64,000 bases of DNA. Source: Intoshia linei (lineage: Eukaryota > Animalia > Orthonectida). Numbering within the stretch: position 1 is the first letter of the stretch; every line of letters starts with the position of its first letter. Both the position numbers and the translations under genes were made by a program. The stretch spans positions 1-64,000 of the forward strand of contig LWCA01000019.1 in NCBI GenBank assembly GCA_001642005.1. Direction: 5' to 3'. Below are positions 1-12,500 of this stretch, piece by piece. The notes below the pieces were generated by a model. That model worked only from the letters and a program-made list of their open reading frames with translations, had not been told where the DNA came from and searched no databases.

Positions 1-62
1 TAATTTTTTATATTTAATTAACTTTGTTTTAATTTGATACGTGTTTTTATAAATGTAATGTT

Positions 63-100
63 GTGTGACCATATGGTCACACTAGGAGTATATGGGTTAA
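63..100. mobile_element. Right end of a piggyBac-like element (GGG-TTAA terminus) with a subterminal 20-bp palindrome
   Basis: Perfect palindrome GTGTGACCATATGGTCACAC at 63-82; terminus ...TATGGG|TTAA at 91-100. The left end lies outside the window. Confidence 0.5.
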
Positions 101-1737
101 TAAGGACTTAGACTAGCGGTTCTCAAATGTGGGTACTGGACCCCTAGGGGAGTCCCAGAAATTATACGTACCAGCTCGTCTGATACTATGACTCATAAAT
201 TATAAATATTTTTTAAATTCCCAAAAAAATTGAAAATTGTAATCTTCAACTGAATATGTTCGTAATGACAAAGTAATAAGAAATTCTCCTATAAACGATG
301 TGAATTGGATTAAAAATGGTATTTCGTTGATCTCTGAAGAAGGTTATGCTGGTTCTTTCAGAGTATGTAGAAATAATTGGAAAATATACATGTAAATATC
401 TCATTTAATTTGTAATTGATAAATACTTCATTATATACATATAGCATTACTTTGCATATCTCAATCTTGTATTATTTGTACAAAGAGTTTCTGTTATGTC
501 ACTACATGTAGATTGAAGTTGTCGATGACTAGATTAAAATTGTCACTGACTTGAATGAGTTGAACTTGACTTGTTTGAAGTGTAAACCCTGTAACATATA
601 TGTATGTAGTTTTACTGCACTGTAATAATATTCATATATTGATAATTTTTACATATTGAAATGCAATGAAAAATGTAAAATTTCCTAAAGCGATTAACCA
701 GAATATGAAATTAGCTGCAATACATTGAAATTTATCAATAATTTAAAAAAAATTTTGGTATATATTATGAAATTATATTTAATATAAAAGACATGTATCT
801 CTAAATTAATCCAGAATCAATCTTATCTAAGTTTAATGCTTAATTTATTGTCAATAATGTACATGTATAATTAAATTCGTCTCTATAATTTACTCATTAT
901 GTAGTATATTTAATCAATTTCGTTCGTGAATAATTAAAAATTTTATTGATACAAATTTAATGGATATTTAATACTAAAGATTAATCAATAATGTAAGCTT
1001 ACATATACAGTGTATATTATACATGTTGCTGCTTATTATTCAAATTATAATATTTTCAATAGAATTTTTATGAAGTTTCCTACAATCTTATTTATGGTAT
1101 TTTTATAATTTATTTATTTTATTATATTATTCTTATTATTATTCTTATTATGCTTCTTATATCAAATTAGAGGGTTTCAACTATCAAAGACACTAAAATT
1201 TTATATTCAAAATAAATATAATGTTTAGATGCTAAATGGTATCAATAAAAAATCGTAATTTTAAAATAATATAAAGAACTTAAATAATGACTTACCAGTT
1301 AATTACATTCCAAAATGGGTAAAAGGTCTATTAACAATTTCTAATTGTTTATCCAAAAATTTGAACCTTTTTGTTAATTTGCGTTTATAAATGATATCAA
1401 AACTTGGTAAATTCGTGTTGGTTTTAAGTTTAATTATTAATATAATTAATAGTTACAAAACGGTATAATATATTTTAGATTAAATGTTCAAACTTGTACT
1501 ATATCGACTGATCGAATCAATACTATGAAAACCATTGTTTATCTATTATGGTCGTTTATCATGTTTTTTGCATTTTTATATTTTTCAATAAGAATAGCAA
1601 AAAGTATTTATAACCAATGAAAATATCCAAATGTAAAATTGTAAAAATAAAAATTTATAAAAAATAAAATACAATTTTAATAAATTTAGTACATTACATA
1701 CACATTTCTCTATCACACGTATATAATGATTAGAAAA

Positions 1738-4700
1738 TCAATTAAAATTATTATTTTCCATTATCTTTTTCATAGTAGTTTTGTACACGTTCAATTCCTC
1801 CAATAGGGAATCGTTTAGGATCTACATTTACAGAATCAAATGTGATAATTATGATTTAATTATCTATACATTTAATTAGCATACAATTATGTATACCATT
1901 ATAATTGTAAAATATAAAATGCATGTATTATGTATTACCTGAAGATGTTTATTGTTTAAATTCTCATTTTTTAAACGGTTTGACAAAGCTATTGTACTTG
2001 AATCGTTGGTAATTTGACTAGAATCAATTTCATTATTTTCTTCTTTTAATTGGGAAATTATTCGTTTATGTTTATCTATCTAAACATTATATTAAATTTG
2101 AATTTATACTATTATAGTGCAGTGGTTCCAAGTCTAGAAACGTTGATAAATTGTGTTAACCTTTTAAAAGTATTAAAATTTCTTAAAAATAAAGACACTT
2201 ATATTTGAATGGATGTTTTAATTAAATGTCAAAGTTTGAAAATTTAAACCACTCATGTAATCAATAAATTAATAAAAGCAAACTACCTCAACCTCTAAAT
2301 CATCACATTTAGTGACTAAATTTTTATTTTGTTTTTTTAATTGATCAATTTTGTTGAACATTTCAGTATTCTAAAAAATAAACAGATTGATTTTATAAGT
2401 GTAAATTAAAAGTATACTTTTTCAGATAATTCATCCATTTCCATTGAAGTGGCAGAGTGGTTTCTATTTAAAGATTTAATTGTTTCTTCCATATCAATTA
2501 TAGTAGCGTTTCGCAAAATTAAAACTCTTTCCAGCTATATATTAATTTTTATTTATTTGTTATTATAGTCTAGTTTAGTATTACCAAAATAAGTAACTTT
2601 CTTGAAAAAATAATTAATGTATTACATTTTGAATTTAATTCAAAAATTCAAAAAATCGAAAATGAATCAAAAATAAATTGTAAATATTAATTTTAAATGT
2701 ATTATTAGTTTGGTAATCAGTGATTTACTTGTTCTTTTCTGATTTTTAGATAATCAAATTGATTTAGTTCCTCATCAAATTTTTCGTCATTTTTTTTATT
2801 TTTCAATTTTAATTTGTTGATAATTTCGTTTAATTTTAAATTCTAAATTTATTTATTATTATTGGTTTTATTAATATAGTATTCTATATTATAGTGTACT
2901 AGCTTGACTGTTATGTACTACGTACAAACAGATTTTTTGTGTGTTAACAGGATACAACTGTATCACCTGTATTTTTTTTTTAATTCTCCAATTCGTTTGA
3001 TTTTCAAAAACAGGACAATTGGTCTTTTTGACCCGTAAGATCTGAGTTTGGAAGGTTGAAATATATCTTACTAAACCCCGGAAAAAACTATAATAGGAGT
3101 GTGGACTTTATAAAATTCTAAGACTGGTAGCTATTGAAATAAACGATAACACACACACACAAAAAAAGCATATTATATAAGGGATATAAAGGATTAAAAG
3201 TGTAAAACAATTCAAATTTGAAATTATATAAGATTAATATTTTATTTGTCAGTATTTAATTACCGAAACTGTCAGTATAAATATTAAAATGTCAGTAATA
3301 AAATGTACTTTGTCAATATTCAATTACATATCTGTCAGTTTTTAATTGCTTTCTTGTTAGTATATAATTGAATTTTTTCAGTAAATATATTAGTAAAATC
3401 TAGTTTTTTTCGAATGAGTCAAAATATGTAACCTCATGCCTAACAACAAATGCTGTATCATCCAATTCAGGTATATTGGAATTATCAACACACCATTGTT
3501 CCAATTCCCCAAGACTTATTTTCAGTAATTTAAATTTTTTCATATTCAATTGCATCAAATAATTGGACAGTTGGCTTTTATTTTTCAGTTTAAATCCTTT
3601 TTCCAACAACATTTCTGTAATTTTTTTTGGTTTCAGTTTCAAATCAAATAATTTTTCTATCTCTTTTTTACATTCAGTGGTCATTCGTTGTGTGTGAACT
3701 TGTAAATTTTCATGGCTATGGCCTTCTGTTGTTATAAACAAAAGAACTACATCGTTTGAGTTTTCATAAAATAAATAAAGGCCAGCATCACAATTCTCTT
3801 TTTTTTTAGCCACGTTGCATCTATAATAATCTTTTGTACCAGAAGCAGTTTTGTTTGAATAATGATAGCTCCAGGTTGATTCTTGTTTAACGAATGAAAT
3901 AGCATCAATTTTTTTTTCAAACCTTTGAAATTGAACCCAATTTCTTTGTCTTTTTCTCTTTCTAGTCTTTATCGTTGCCAAAGCGTAATGATCATCTTGA
4001 TCAGAAACATATTCATTGACTGTGTATTCTTCCATTTGAAATTTGTCAAATATAAATCAACCTAAAAATGAAATGGATAATTGGATTATCCAATTTGGAT
4101 ATATAAAACTAACACAATAAATAAACAATTTTCATCCTAAATTCTTGTTATCTAGGATAATATAGCATATGAGTTTGGCGAATGTAGTACCAGACTCTTT
4201 TTAAATAAACATTGTAAAACTTATAAAATTCCCCTGGCAAAATAATTTCTAAATATACTTGAACTTAAGCCAAAGTTATCTATATAATATTCATATACAT
4301 GTACACTCTTTAAATATTTTTTCCTTCACTCAATAAAACCTCACAATAACATCACATCACTATTTGACGTCAAATTTACTCCTAATTTGATCGTCATTGT
4401 GATGTCATTAAATGGCATACAAAGAGGTTAGTTATTTTTACTTAAAAGTGGTGCCATATGATCTGAACCTAACTATTACAAGAACGTCACTATAACGGAA
4501 ATTTGCTAGCTGGGTTAGTTTTTACATACAAAGATGAAATTTTGATGTTATACATACGTTTTTTGACTTACACGTGGAAATTATTATCAAGAATATTCTC
4601 TGGTGTAAATACCATATAATATTTCTAATTTTTATGTAATATGGTTTGTAGGTATAATATGGTATCTTAATATTTCAGTTTTAACTTGGGTATGTAGTGG

Positions 4701-7700
4701 ATAATATATTATTTCAAAAACTAGATTTTTAATTTTTATACTGACACTCCAAAATCATCAAACTTACAATTTAATTTTTTACTGACAAAATATTATTTTA
4801 TAAAATGTGTTTATTTCTATATAATTTTTTGTTGATTTACTTACAATTTTCGATGAATACTGATCTAGTTAATATATTTACTGACACAAATGCAATTTTG
4901 TACTGACAAGAAAGCAATTAAAAACTGACAGATATGTAATTAAATATTGACAAAGTACATTTTATTAATGACATTTTCGTGTTTATACTGACAATTTTAT
5001 GTTGAAAATACAGAAAATTTTTTATTAAAAACTGCCAGTATTTTAATTAAATACTGACAAATTTAAATACTTCCCTATAAATAATATTTACTTCATCAAC
5101 TAAATATTTATATCGATTTTTTTTGACGCTAGTCGATAATTTGTCATATCGGTCTTGAAATTTCTAAAATATTTAAATTTTTAGCTATTTTATTTTATAA
5201 TAATCAAAATTATATTTTATTTAATTGTAATTATAATTATATACTATATAGTCAATTAATCAATACAGAGGTGTCAGACTCAATTTGCTTGGCAGACCAA
5301 ATGTGACTACAAAAATTATAAAGCGAACCATACAAAACAATATCTTTACTCAAATCATTATTAAACTAACAGTTTTTTTTCTTAATAAAATTAACGCGGG
5401 CCGGACATTCCATAATTGGAGACCGAAAATGGCCTAATGGCTGCATAATTGACACCTCTGTTCAGTGGCACTGCCAGTACCCCTGTTGTATAGTATTATT
5501 TATTATATAACCAAAATATAATATATTAACTATTATGTATATTTAATAATAATCTACATTTCGCCTAATGATTGTATTTTTAAAATATAAAGTAATTATC
5601 TATGATATACAAAAATAATGAGCAGGGGTTATGAAACTTTTTTACCACTGATTGGTAATTTAACAATAAATGTATATATGTATGTATGTATATATTTATG
5701 TTCCTAATACAGTGATTCTTAACCGGTGCGCCGCAACTAAAATTTTAAAAATTAGTGTCAAACTTTTATATTGACAATTCCTTGATGAATATTTTGGTAA
5801 ATATTTTTGACAATATTTACTGTTAATATTTATTTATATTAAATATTATGGTGAACAATAAAAATATAAACATTTCATCATACATCAAATGTTCTTTACT
5901 AAATTTAAGTCACCAAATCAAAGTATTTTTGTATTATTATTATGATTTTATATTTTTAATCTTTGCACATTTTCGAATCTTAATTCGTTTTGTTCTTATC
6001 AAAATTTAAGGTGCGCCCAAATTTTTATATATTTCACATGTGCGTTGAAGCAAAAAAAAATAAAAAACACCGTCGGAATACATATATTGATATTTAGCGA
6101 TACAAAATAAGCAGTAACAGATGAACTGTTGTGGAATAGATTTTTATGGTAATAGTAAAATTTGAAGTTTAAATACAGTTTTTGAATATAACGCAAGTAT
6201 TCGTTACATTTCTTAAAAAGACAAGAAGTACTAACCAACATTTTAATAACGGAAAACGATTGTATGTTACTTTTAAAATTATTTTAATAAATCATACTCG
6301 GCAAATTCATTAATATTTCCAAATTTTTCCTTCAATTGCGTAGTGTATTCTTGTTCCTAATAAGTTGGTATAATTGACACTTAGAAGTTTTAATTTTTTT
6401 CACGTCGTGAACCCCTTAAAAATTATTATTAGTTTTATTAGTAATGAAATCATACTGTAAAATCAACTTAAATATTTATAAAATAATAATAAATCATTTT
6501 TCGCTTAACCTACTTCTATGTTCGGTTGCACCATTTAGTACTTGAAACATTAAAAAATAATTTAATAATACAATATATATTTTTCTGTGGATCCTAGGGG
6601 TTCACATAATGCTATCATAACTAAGAACAATATCCAGTTTAATCTATACAACTTTAATGATTATTTTAGTTCTTATTTTATTCATTAATAACATGTATAG
6701 CTATATTAATATTTACCGATTTTAACATGCTTTTTACCAAATCCAATTCTTCGATTAATTCTCTACATTTATAGTATAATGGATTTTCAATATCTAAGAA
6801 TAATTCATTATAATTTTTTTAATTATGCATTAGTTTGGATTCCATTTTTAGAACTTTACATTTATACCTTGATGACTACTACTACTACTGTAGTAGCTAC
6901 TACGCATACGTATGACGTATATCTAATACATAAAAAAATTGATCTACTAAAAGTCGCTATTTTATAATATATGTAGCTATTTAAGGTCACTTTTAAACAA
7001 AATACCATTAAAACCACTGTTATTTATTTTTTTTATATTTTTTACTTTATATTTCAATAACTACTAGTCTTAGAATTTTATAAAGTCCACATTTCAAATA
7101 CAGTTTTTTCCGGGGGTGTTAGAAAAATATATGTAAACCTCCCAAACTTACATCTTACGGGTCAAAAAGCCCAATTGTCCTTTTTTTGAAAATCAAACGA
7201 ATTGGAGAATTTAAAAAAATATACACTCTGATACGGATTTTAAAATCATAAATATCATCACAAATTTAAATATAAAAAAATATATCTTCAGGGCCAAAAC
7301 ACCAAATTATCTTTTTTTTTTAATGAAAACAACCCTAAAATTAAAAAGAATTACAGGTGGTACAGTTGTATCCTGTTAACACACAAAAAAAATTTCAATC
7401 TGAATAAGTGACGACTTTCTTGGTCAAAAAAGCATTTTAGTATTCATATATTTTATTTCTTATATAGTCTGTACAGCAATATTATACATATATAGCAGGG
7501 CTCGGCAACTATTGGCTCGTGGGCCAAAAGTGGCACACATAATAATTTTGGTAGCCCTTTAAGTAAATATGTAATTTATTTATTTTTAAATTTTTCAACT
7601 TTAAAACAACGTTTTAAATATTTTCTATTATAATTGGGTCATTATAATTATTTTAATACTGAATTTCAAATCTTCCCGGATTTTAGTTTGTTGAATATAC

Positions 7701-8136
7701 TAGAAACGTTTCTACTCAGTTAAAATTGAAATCTATCATGTGTAAATTTTCCAAATATAATTTTAATATATATAAAAGGCCCATACAATTATTTGATATA
7801 AAAAAGATATATTTACTAACAAAAAATAAATTATTTACTAAGTACAATAAAATTAATGAAAACTTACTGAAACTTATGAATCTAGCAATTTTTTAGAAAA
7901 AATCAATAATTGTTAGTAAAAAAATTTCATCGTATTTTTTGATTTTATTTATTGAAATATTTTATTTGATGAGGCGTATAGGTATACAGTATATATATAG
8001 AGGCTATATATATATATATATATATATATATAGGCCTATGTAAAGATATAAACCAAAATAAACCTTCATCAACATTTTCTGCTCCAAAAAAACTATCCTC
8101 CATGTTATCCGGAAAATACTCACTTGTATTACTCAT
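1738..8136 (-). CDS. Unknown coiled-coil protein, about 215 aa, 7 exons (8136-8064, 6793-6717, 5163-5092, 2534-2418, 2370-2287, 2079-1939, 1821-1738)
   Basis: All six introns are GT-AG and phase-consistent, giving one ORF: MSNTSEYFPDNMEDSFFGAENVDEDIENPLYYKCRELIEELDLVKSMLKSKFQDRYDKL...LERVLILRNATIIDMEETIKSL...ILNDSLLEELNVYKTTMKKIMENNNFN*. Heptad-like K/E/L/I pattern; no family recognised. Confidence 0.75.
2899..3184 (-). mobile_element. Short, internally deleted non-autonomous Helitron copy
   Basis: 3' CTAG at 2899-2902 plus the family hairpin (reverse complement of CTGTTTGTACGTAGTACATAACAG); (CA)n and a degenerate 5' TCC end near 3184. Confidence 0.75.
3232..5075 (-). mobile_element. Mutator-like (MULE) element, internally deleted, inside intron 3 of the orphan gene
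   Basis: Long imperfect TIRs (about 3240-3362 vs 4900-5075) built of ACTGACA/TGTCAGT repeats; right end ...AATACTTCCC; contains a transposase N-terminal ORF. TSD not confirmed. Confidence 0.75.
3400..4035 (-). CDS. Truncated Mutator-type transposase, N-terminal zinc-finger region only (211 aa)
   Basis: YYRCN-x7-C...GHSH, a WRKY/FLYWCH-like C2H2 motif typical of MULE transposase N-termini. The ORF stops at the left TIR before any DDE domain. Confidence 0.7.
   Translation of the reverse strand: MEEYTVNEYVSDQDDHYALATIKTRKRKRQRNWVQFQRFEKKIDAISFVKQESTWSYHYSNKTASGTKDYYRCNVAKKKENCDAGLYLFYENSNDVVLLFITTEGHSHENLQVHTQRMTTECKKEIEKLFDLKLKPKKITEMLLEKGFKLKNKSQLSNYLMQLNMKKFKLLKISLGELEQWCVDNSNIPELDDTAFVVRHEVTYFDSFEKN
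5266..5460. mobile_element. hAT MITE (same family as 44644-44962)
   Basis: TIRs CAGAGGTGTCA ... TGACACCTCTG; internal similarity to the 44644 copy in the opposite orientation. Confidence 0.7.
7045..7450 (+). mobile_element. Helitron family internal fragment
   Basis: Shares TAGAATTTTATAAAGTCCACATTTC ... CAGTTGTATCCTGTTAACACACA ... GGTCAAAAAAGCATT with the complete copy at 41594. Confidence 0.75.
8006..8032. repeat. (TA)n microsatellite
   Basis: Direct TA run in intron 1 of the orphan gene. Confidence 0.9.
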
Positions 8137-8422
8137 TTTGATTGTAACTATTCTATTATTTTACTTTTACACTGTTAAATAAACTTACTATTTGAGCATT
8201 TTTTGTAAACAAAATATAAAATGTTTCTTAAATAAAAAAATTGATTAAGATAAGTCCAACATGGATTATTATTGTAGTCGCCAAACTATCTGCTGTTTTA
8301 TTGAGAATATTTTCAAATTCTAATTTTTGCAATACAATACAATCTATAAATTAGGCAACTAATAAAAAAATGCATAGAAACAGGCTGTAAAATGTTTTAA
8401 AGTTTATCATACATACATTGTA

Positions 8423-8791
8423 TATTAACCTGTGTCCTTATTCAAACTCATAAAATTAGCCCTATGGTAAAAATGAAATTTTTTATTGCGAACAAGATGG
8501 TGTGATTAAATCTAAATAATCAAAATTGTATCTGATAGAGAACAATTTTCTTCACATCATAAATGTAAACACAATACAAATTATTTAATTTATTACCCAA
8601 CATTTTTAATTTAATATCAATTTATAAAATATTTTCATTTTTTGGGGAGACATTTTGAGCAAAAGTGGGTGGTCTATTTTGATTTCAAAAATTTTAAAAA
8701 GCATATTCGTAACATACACAGAATTACTCATCTTTCCTTGTAGGCTACTTTCTGTTTACTCAAAAAAGCTGTTTTTGGATACAGGTTAATG
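8423..8791. mobile_element. MITE with short TIRs (Y)ATTAACCTGT(R)TCC
   Basis: TATTAACCTGTGTCC at the left end vs GGATACAGGTTAATG at the right end, flanked by TA. Superfamily uncertain. Confidence 0.5.
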
Positions 8792-9526
8792 TATATGGAT
8801 AGTATTTAATAACTATCGCCATTTGCTCTATAAAACCCATTTGATAATTAAAATATTATGTGACTAATGATTAGACATTCGTTTTCAGAGTCAGACAGTA
8901 CCATATATTTTTAATATCGAGACGAGCAGCATTACAAAATTCAACAATTAGCATCAAAAAATAGTTGTATGTTGTGATGAGAAACCTTGTTGCAGAATTA
9001 ATTTTTTATTTTAACCTCATCATAATATTTTTCCAAGTAATTTATATCATCTGTAGAAGCTGTAGATGCTGCACGCAGGCAATTTGAAAATCCAGTCAAT
9101 TTGCAAATTTCCTGGATTTCCAAACTGCCTGTAACATGAATGTACATGAAATGTAAAGGATGAATGTTAATGGTGGTGATGAATGGCGAAGCAATAATTA
9201 ATTTTATGCTGTAAAAATTTGTACATGTCATTTTTACCCAATTTCCCTAATATATAATCAAAAGTACTTTTTAAAATTTTTTTTTGAATCACCCTATTGT
9301 ACACTGTACAGTTTACAAAATCTATACTACAGATATAGCTAAGAAATTTGATATTCTCCAGGGTGGCAGAGCGTTAATGAAATATCATGAAAATAGGGAA
9401 ATGTAAAAGACGAGTAATCTTTTTTAACAGTCTTTACATCTTGATTTAATAAAATATTTATTTTTATAAAATAATACATCAATTTCTGTACTAAAAATAA
9501 AAATTATTTTAATTTATATTTTCAAC

Positions 9527-12500
9527 CTTATATTGTATTGGATTTATTAATCCTACTTTTGGATTTGAACAAAACAATTTATTATAATTTTTTTCACGGT
9601 TTACTAATTCTTCTTCACAATTTCTTTTGTCTTTCTAAATTTAAATTTAAAGAGGCCTAAATAAAAATCAACTTTAAAAATATATCTAAAATTTCTAAAC
9701 CACTAATAAATTTTTTATATAAAAATTATCATGAAAGTAAATAAATTAAATTACCTTAATTTTACAAATTTCAAGTTTAAATTTTTCATTGCAATTTTCC
9801 AAAAATTTAATTTTTTCAACGTCTTCTGTTCTGGATTCTCGATGTTCATACATTTTTGTTATTTCAGTCAATCTAAAAGTATTTTATTATTATTCGACAA
9901 AAAATTTCGGGTTTAAAATCTCAAATTCTCAAATTCTCAAAAAATTATTGAGAAACTTGTTTCAGATATTACGGCTTATCTTGTCGTAAACTGGAGAGTA
10001 TTGATACCAATTAAACAAACCACCGATAATTCATACTACAAATAAAAAATATCAAATCAACTACATAATGAAAAACCTTTGAGCTACCTATAAAGTAATC
10101 AAAATTACTTGTGTTCAATTAAAAGACATTTTTCCTTTTCTTCAAAAATTTTTTTTTGAGTTGACTTTAGTAATGTTTCCATTTCTTTATGATGCTGTAA
10201 TTGTAATCTATCCGATATGTTTTTTAGTTGTATTTTATTCTTTTCAGTGGAATCTCTAAATGAACTAATAAATATATAAATCATTCTTAAAAATTAGAAA
10301 ATACCTAGAAAATACAGCATTCTTATCCTTACTTATATAAAGAATGAAGAAAAATGGTTAAAAATGTATGTCTGTTTATTCATTTATTTGTTCCAGTTTA
10401 TTTAAGAGGTAAGGGGTTTCGAGTTCTACAATTTCCATATTATTATAATAGTTTTTCCAAAGTGTTTTTTTATGTTTTATCGCAAATTTCAATTTCAGAA
10501 ATTGAGTCCTTCAAGGTTAAAAACCACAATTGTCCTTTGTTTTTAAATTCAAACCCATAGTAGAATTATAAAGAATACACATTTTAATAAAAAGTTTTAA
10601 ATTCATCAATATTATGATAATTTTCAATTTCAAAATTTTATATCTTCACGGCCAAAAACCCAAATTACCCTTTTTTGTAAAAATTAAGAAAGTCTTATAA
10701 TTTATAGAACATAAATTCTGGGATATTTTTTAAATTTATAAGCATTATCATAATTTTCACCATCAAACACTCACATTACCCTTTTTTTAAAAATGAAAAC
10801 AGCCCTAGAATTTAAAAAAAATTATAGATGATACAGCTGTATCCTGTTAACACGCACAAAAAATTTCAATCTGAATAAGTGCCGCCTTCACGGTCAAAAA
10901 AGTATTTTAGTATTCATATATTTTTTTTCCGAAATATTTTATTAAAACAAAAAATGTGAGATAATTAACGGTCCTAAAATTAAATTGAAAGATTATTCTG
11001 ATAGAGCTTATTCCAGTTAATATAAATACAAAATTTTATCTTAGAAATCACGGATTCCAGAAAGACAAATAAATTTTGGTGTTGCTAAAAATTAAAATTA
11101 TCTCTAAGTTCTGTGTATATTCGTCTTGTTGTTTGGTTAATAACGCGAAAGAATAAATCCTAAATAATTTACCTATTGGTATTTTCATATTGTATTTTTT
11201 CATTTTTCATTTTTTCCAAAATTTTTTCATTCTCAAATTTCAATGATGTGATATCATTTTTACTGGAAGCTAGATGCTCAGTAATTTTTTCGTATTTACA
11301 TACTTTTTCTTTGATTATTTCTTCTAGCAATCTAATTTTTTTTGTTGCGTCAGATATCTAAACCAATTTATTAACGTTGAAACATGTAAAACAAGAATTC
11401 AGCGGTGTAGCTAATTTATTGAAATTTCATTAAAATAACCTTTTCGTTTCTACTCTTGATAATACCATTATTAATTTTTTCTATTTTGGATATCTTTATT
11501 TTATTTTCTTCAGATATTTGATTTTTTATTTCTTCTAAATTAACAAAATGTATTTTCACAGTAATTAGATTTAATCTCAAAACTAGACAAATAATATTAA
11601 AATTATCGTGAAGCTAATTATGAATTAAAATTTTTAGTTTAAAAAAATTGGTCAACTGTGTCCAAAAATAACTCATTACATAGAATTGTTGGCACTATGA
11701 TGATAATTATATTAATACCATTGGTCATTGAACACATTGAAAACATAATCGTTTAAACCCCTGGATACCTAGGATCCCTTCTCATGGTACACACATAGTA
11801 TAAATATACAACAATTATAATTGTTATTATTATTATAATTATTGTTATTATACCTATATTATAGCAATGATTTTCATTTAAATTATTGACAGTTTGCTGT
11901 TGAAGTATAACCAATTCATTAACTTTATCAGAATGGGATTTTTTTAAATTTTTGATAATATTTTCATACTTTCTTTCATAACTTTTTTCAATCTCAATTT
12001 TTTCAATATTATTATTTTGATTTTGAACATTTTTCATATTTTTAAGATTTTCTTCATTTTCATTGATTATATCGCTTATTTTACATTTATATTCATTTTC
12101 TAATCGTTCATTCTTTATTTTCATTTCATAAATACACTGTGAGTTTTTTAGTTTATGGTCTTGGTTTAATTTGTTGTACATACAATCCATTTCTTTGACT
12201 TTATCATTTAATATTTTTATTTGATGTATAAATTTATCTTCCTTTTGTCTCCAGTCATCTTTTGCACTACTCATTTCGTGGTGTTTCTTTTTCATCATTT
12301 CCTCTAACTCTTGGCTTAAATAATAATTAAATTAAAATTTTCAAATTTAAAATAATATTTTGCATTGTAAAGACAATGAGGAAAATTTCACGAATGTATT
12401 GGAATTATGAAACCTTTAGATTGATTTAATGTTAATTTTGTACAATAATAGCTTGATTGTTTTGTACTTTTTATATAAACAACAACTAGCTCTACGGAGA

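Noticed and set aside
240-600. Possible exons near the window start (e.g. SSTEYVRNDKVIRNSPINDVNWIKNG...)
   Set aside because: No phase-consistent splice model on either strand and no recognisable motif.
1290-1540. Minus-strand coding-like stretch followed by a GTAAG donor
   Set aside because: The frames stop before the donor; it cannot be joined to a gene.
3240-5075. Regularly spaced ACTGACA motifs, and the Helitron units elsewhere, as a CRISPR-like array
   Set aside because: Eukaryotic context; repeats are short or degenerate, lie inside transposon TIRs or interiors, and there are no cas genes.
11753-11853. Apparent transmembrane tail IGIITIIIIIITIIIVV in ORF 11753-12298
   Set aside because: Intron read-through of an ATT/ATA-rich tract past the donor at 11853.
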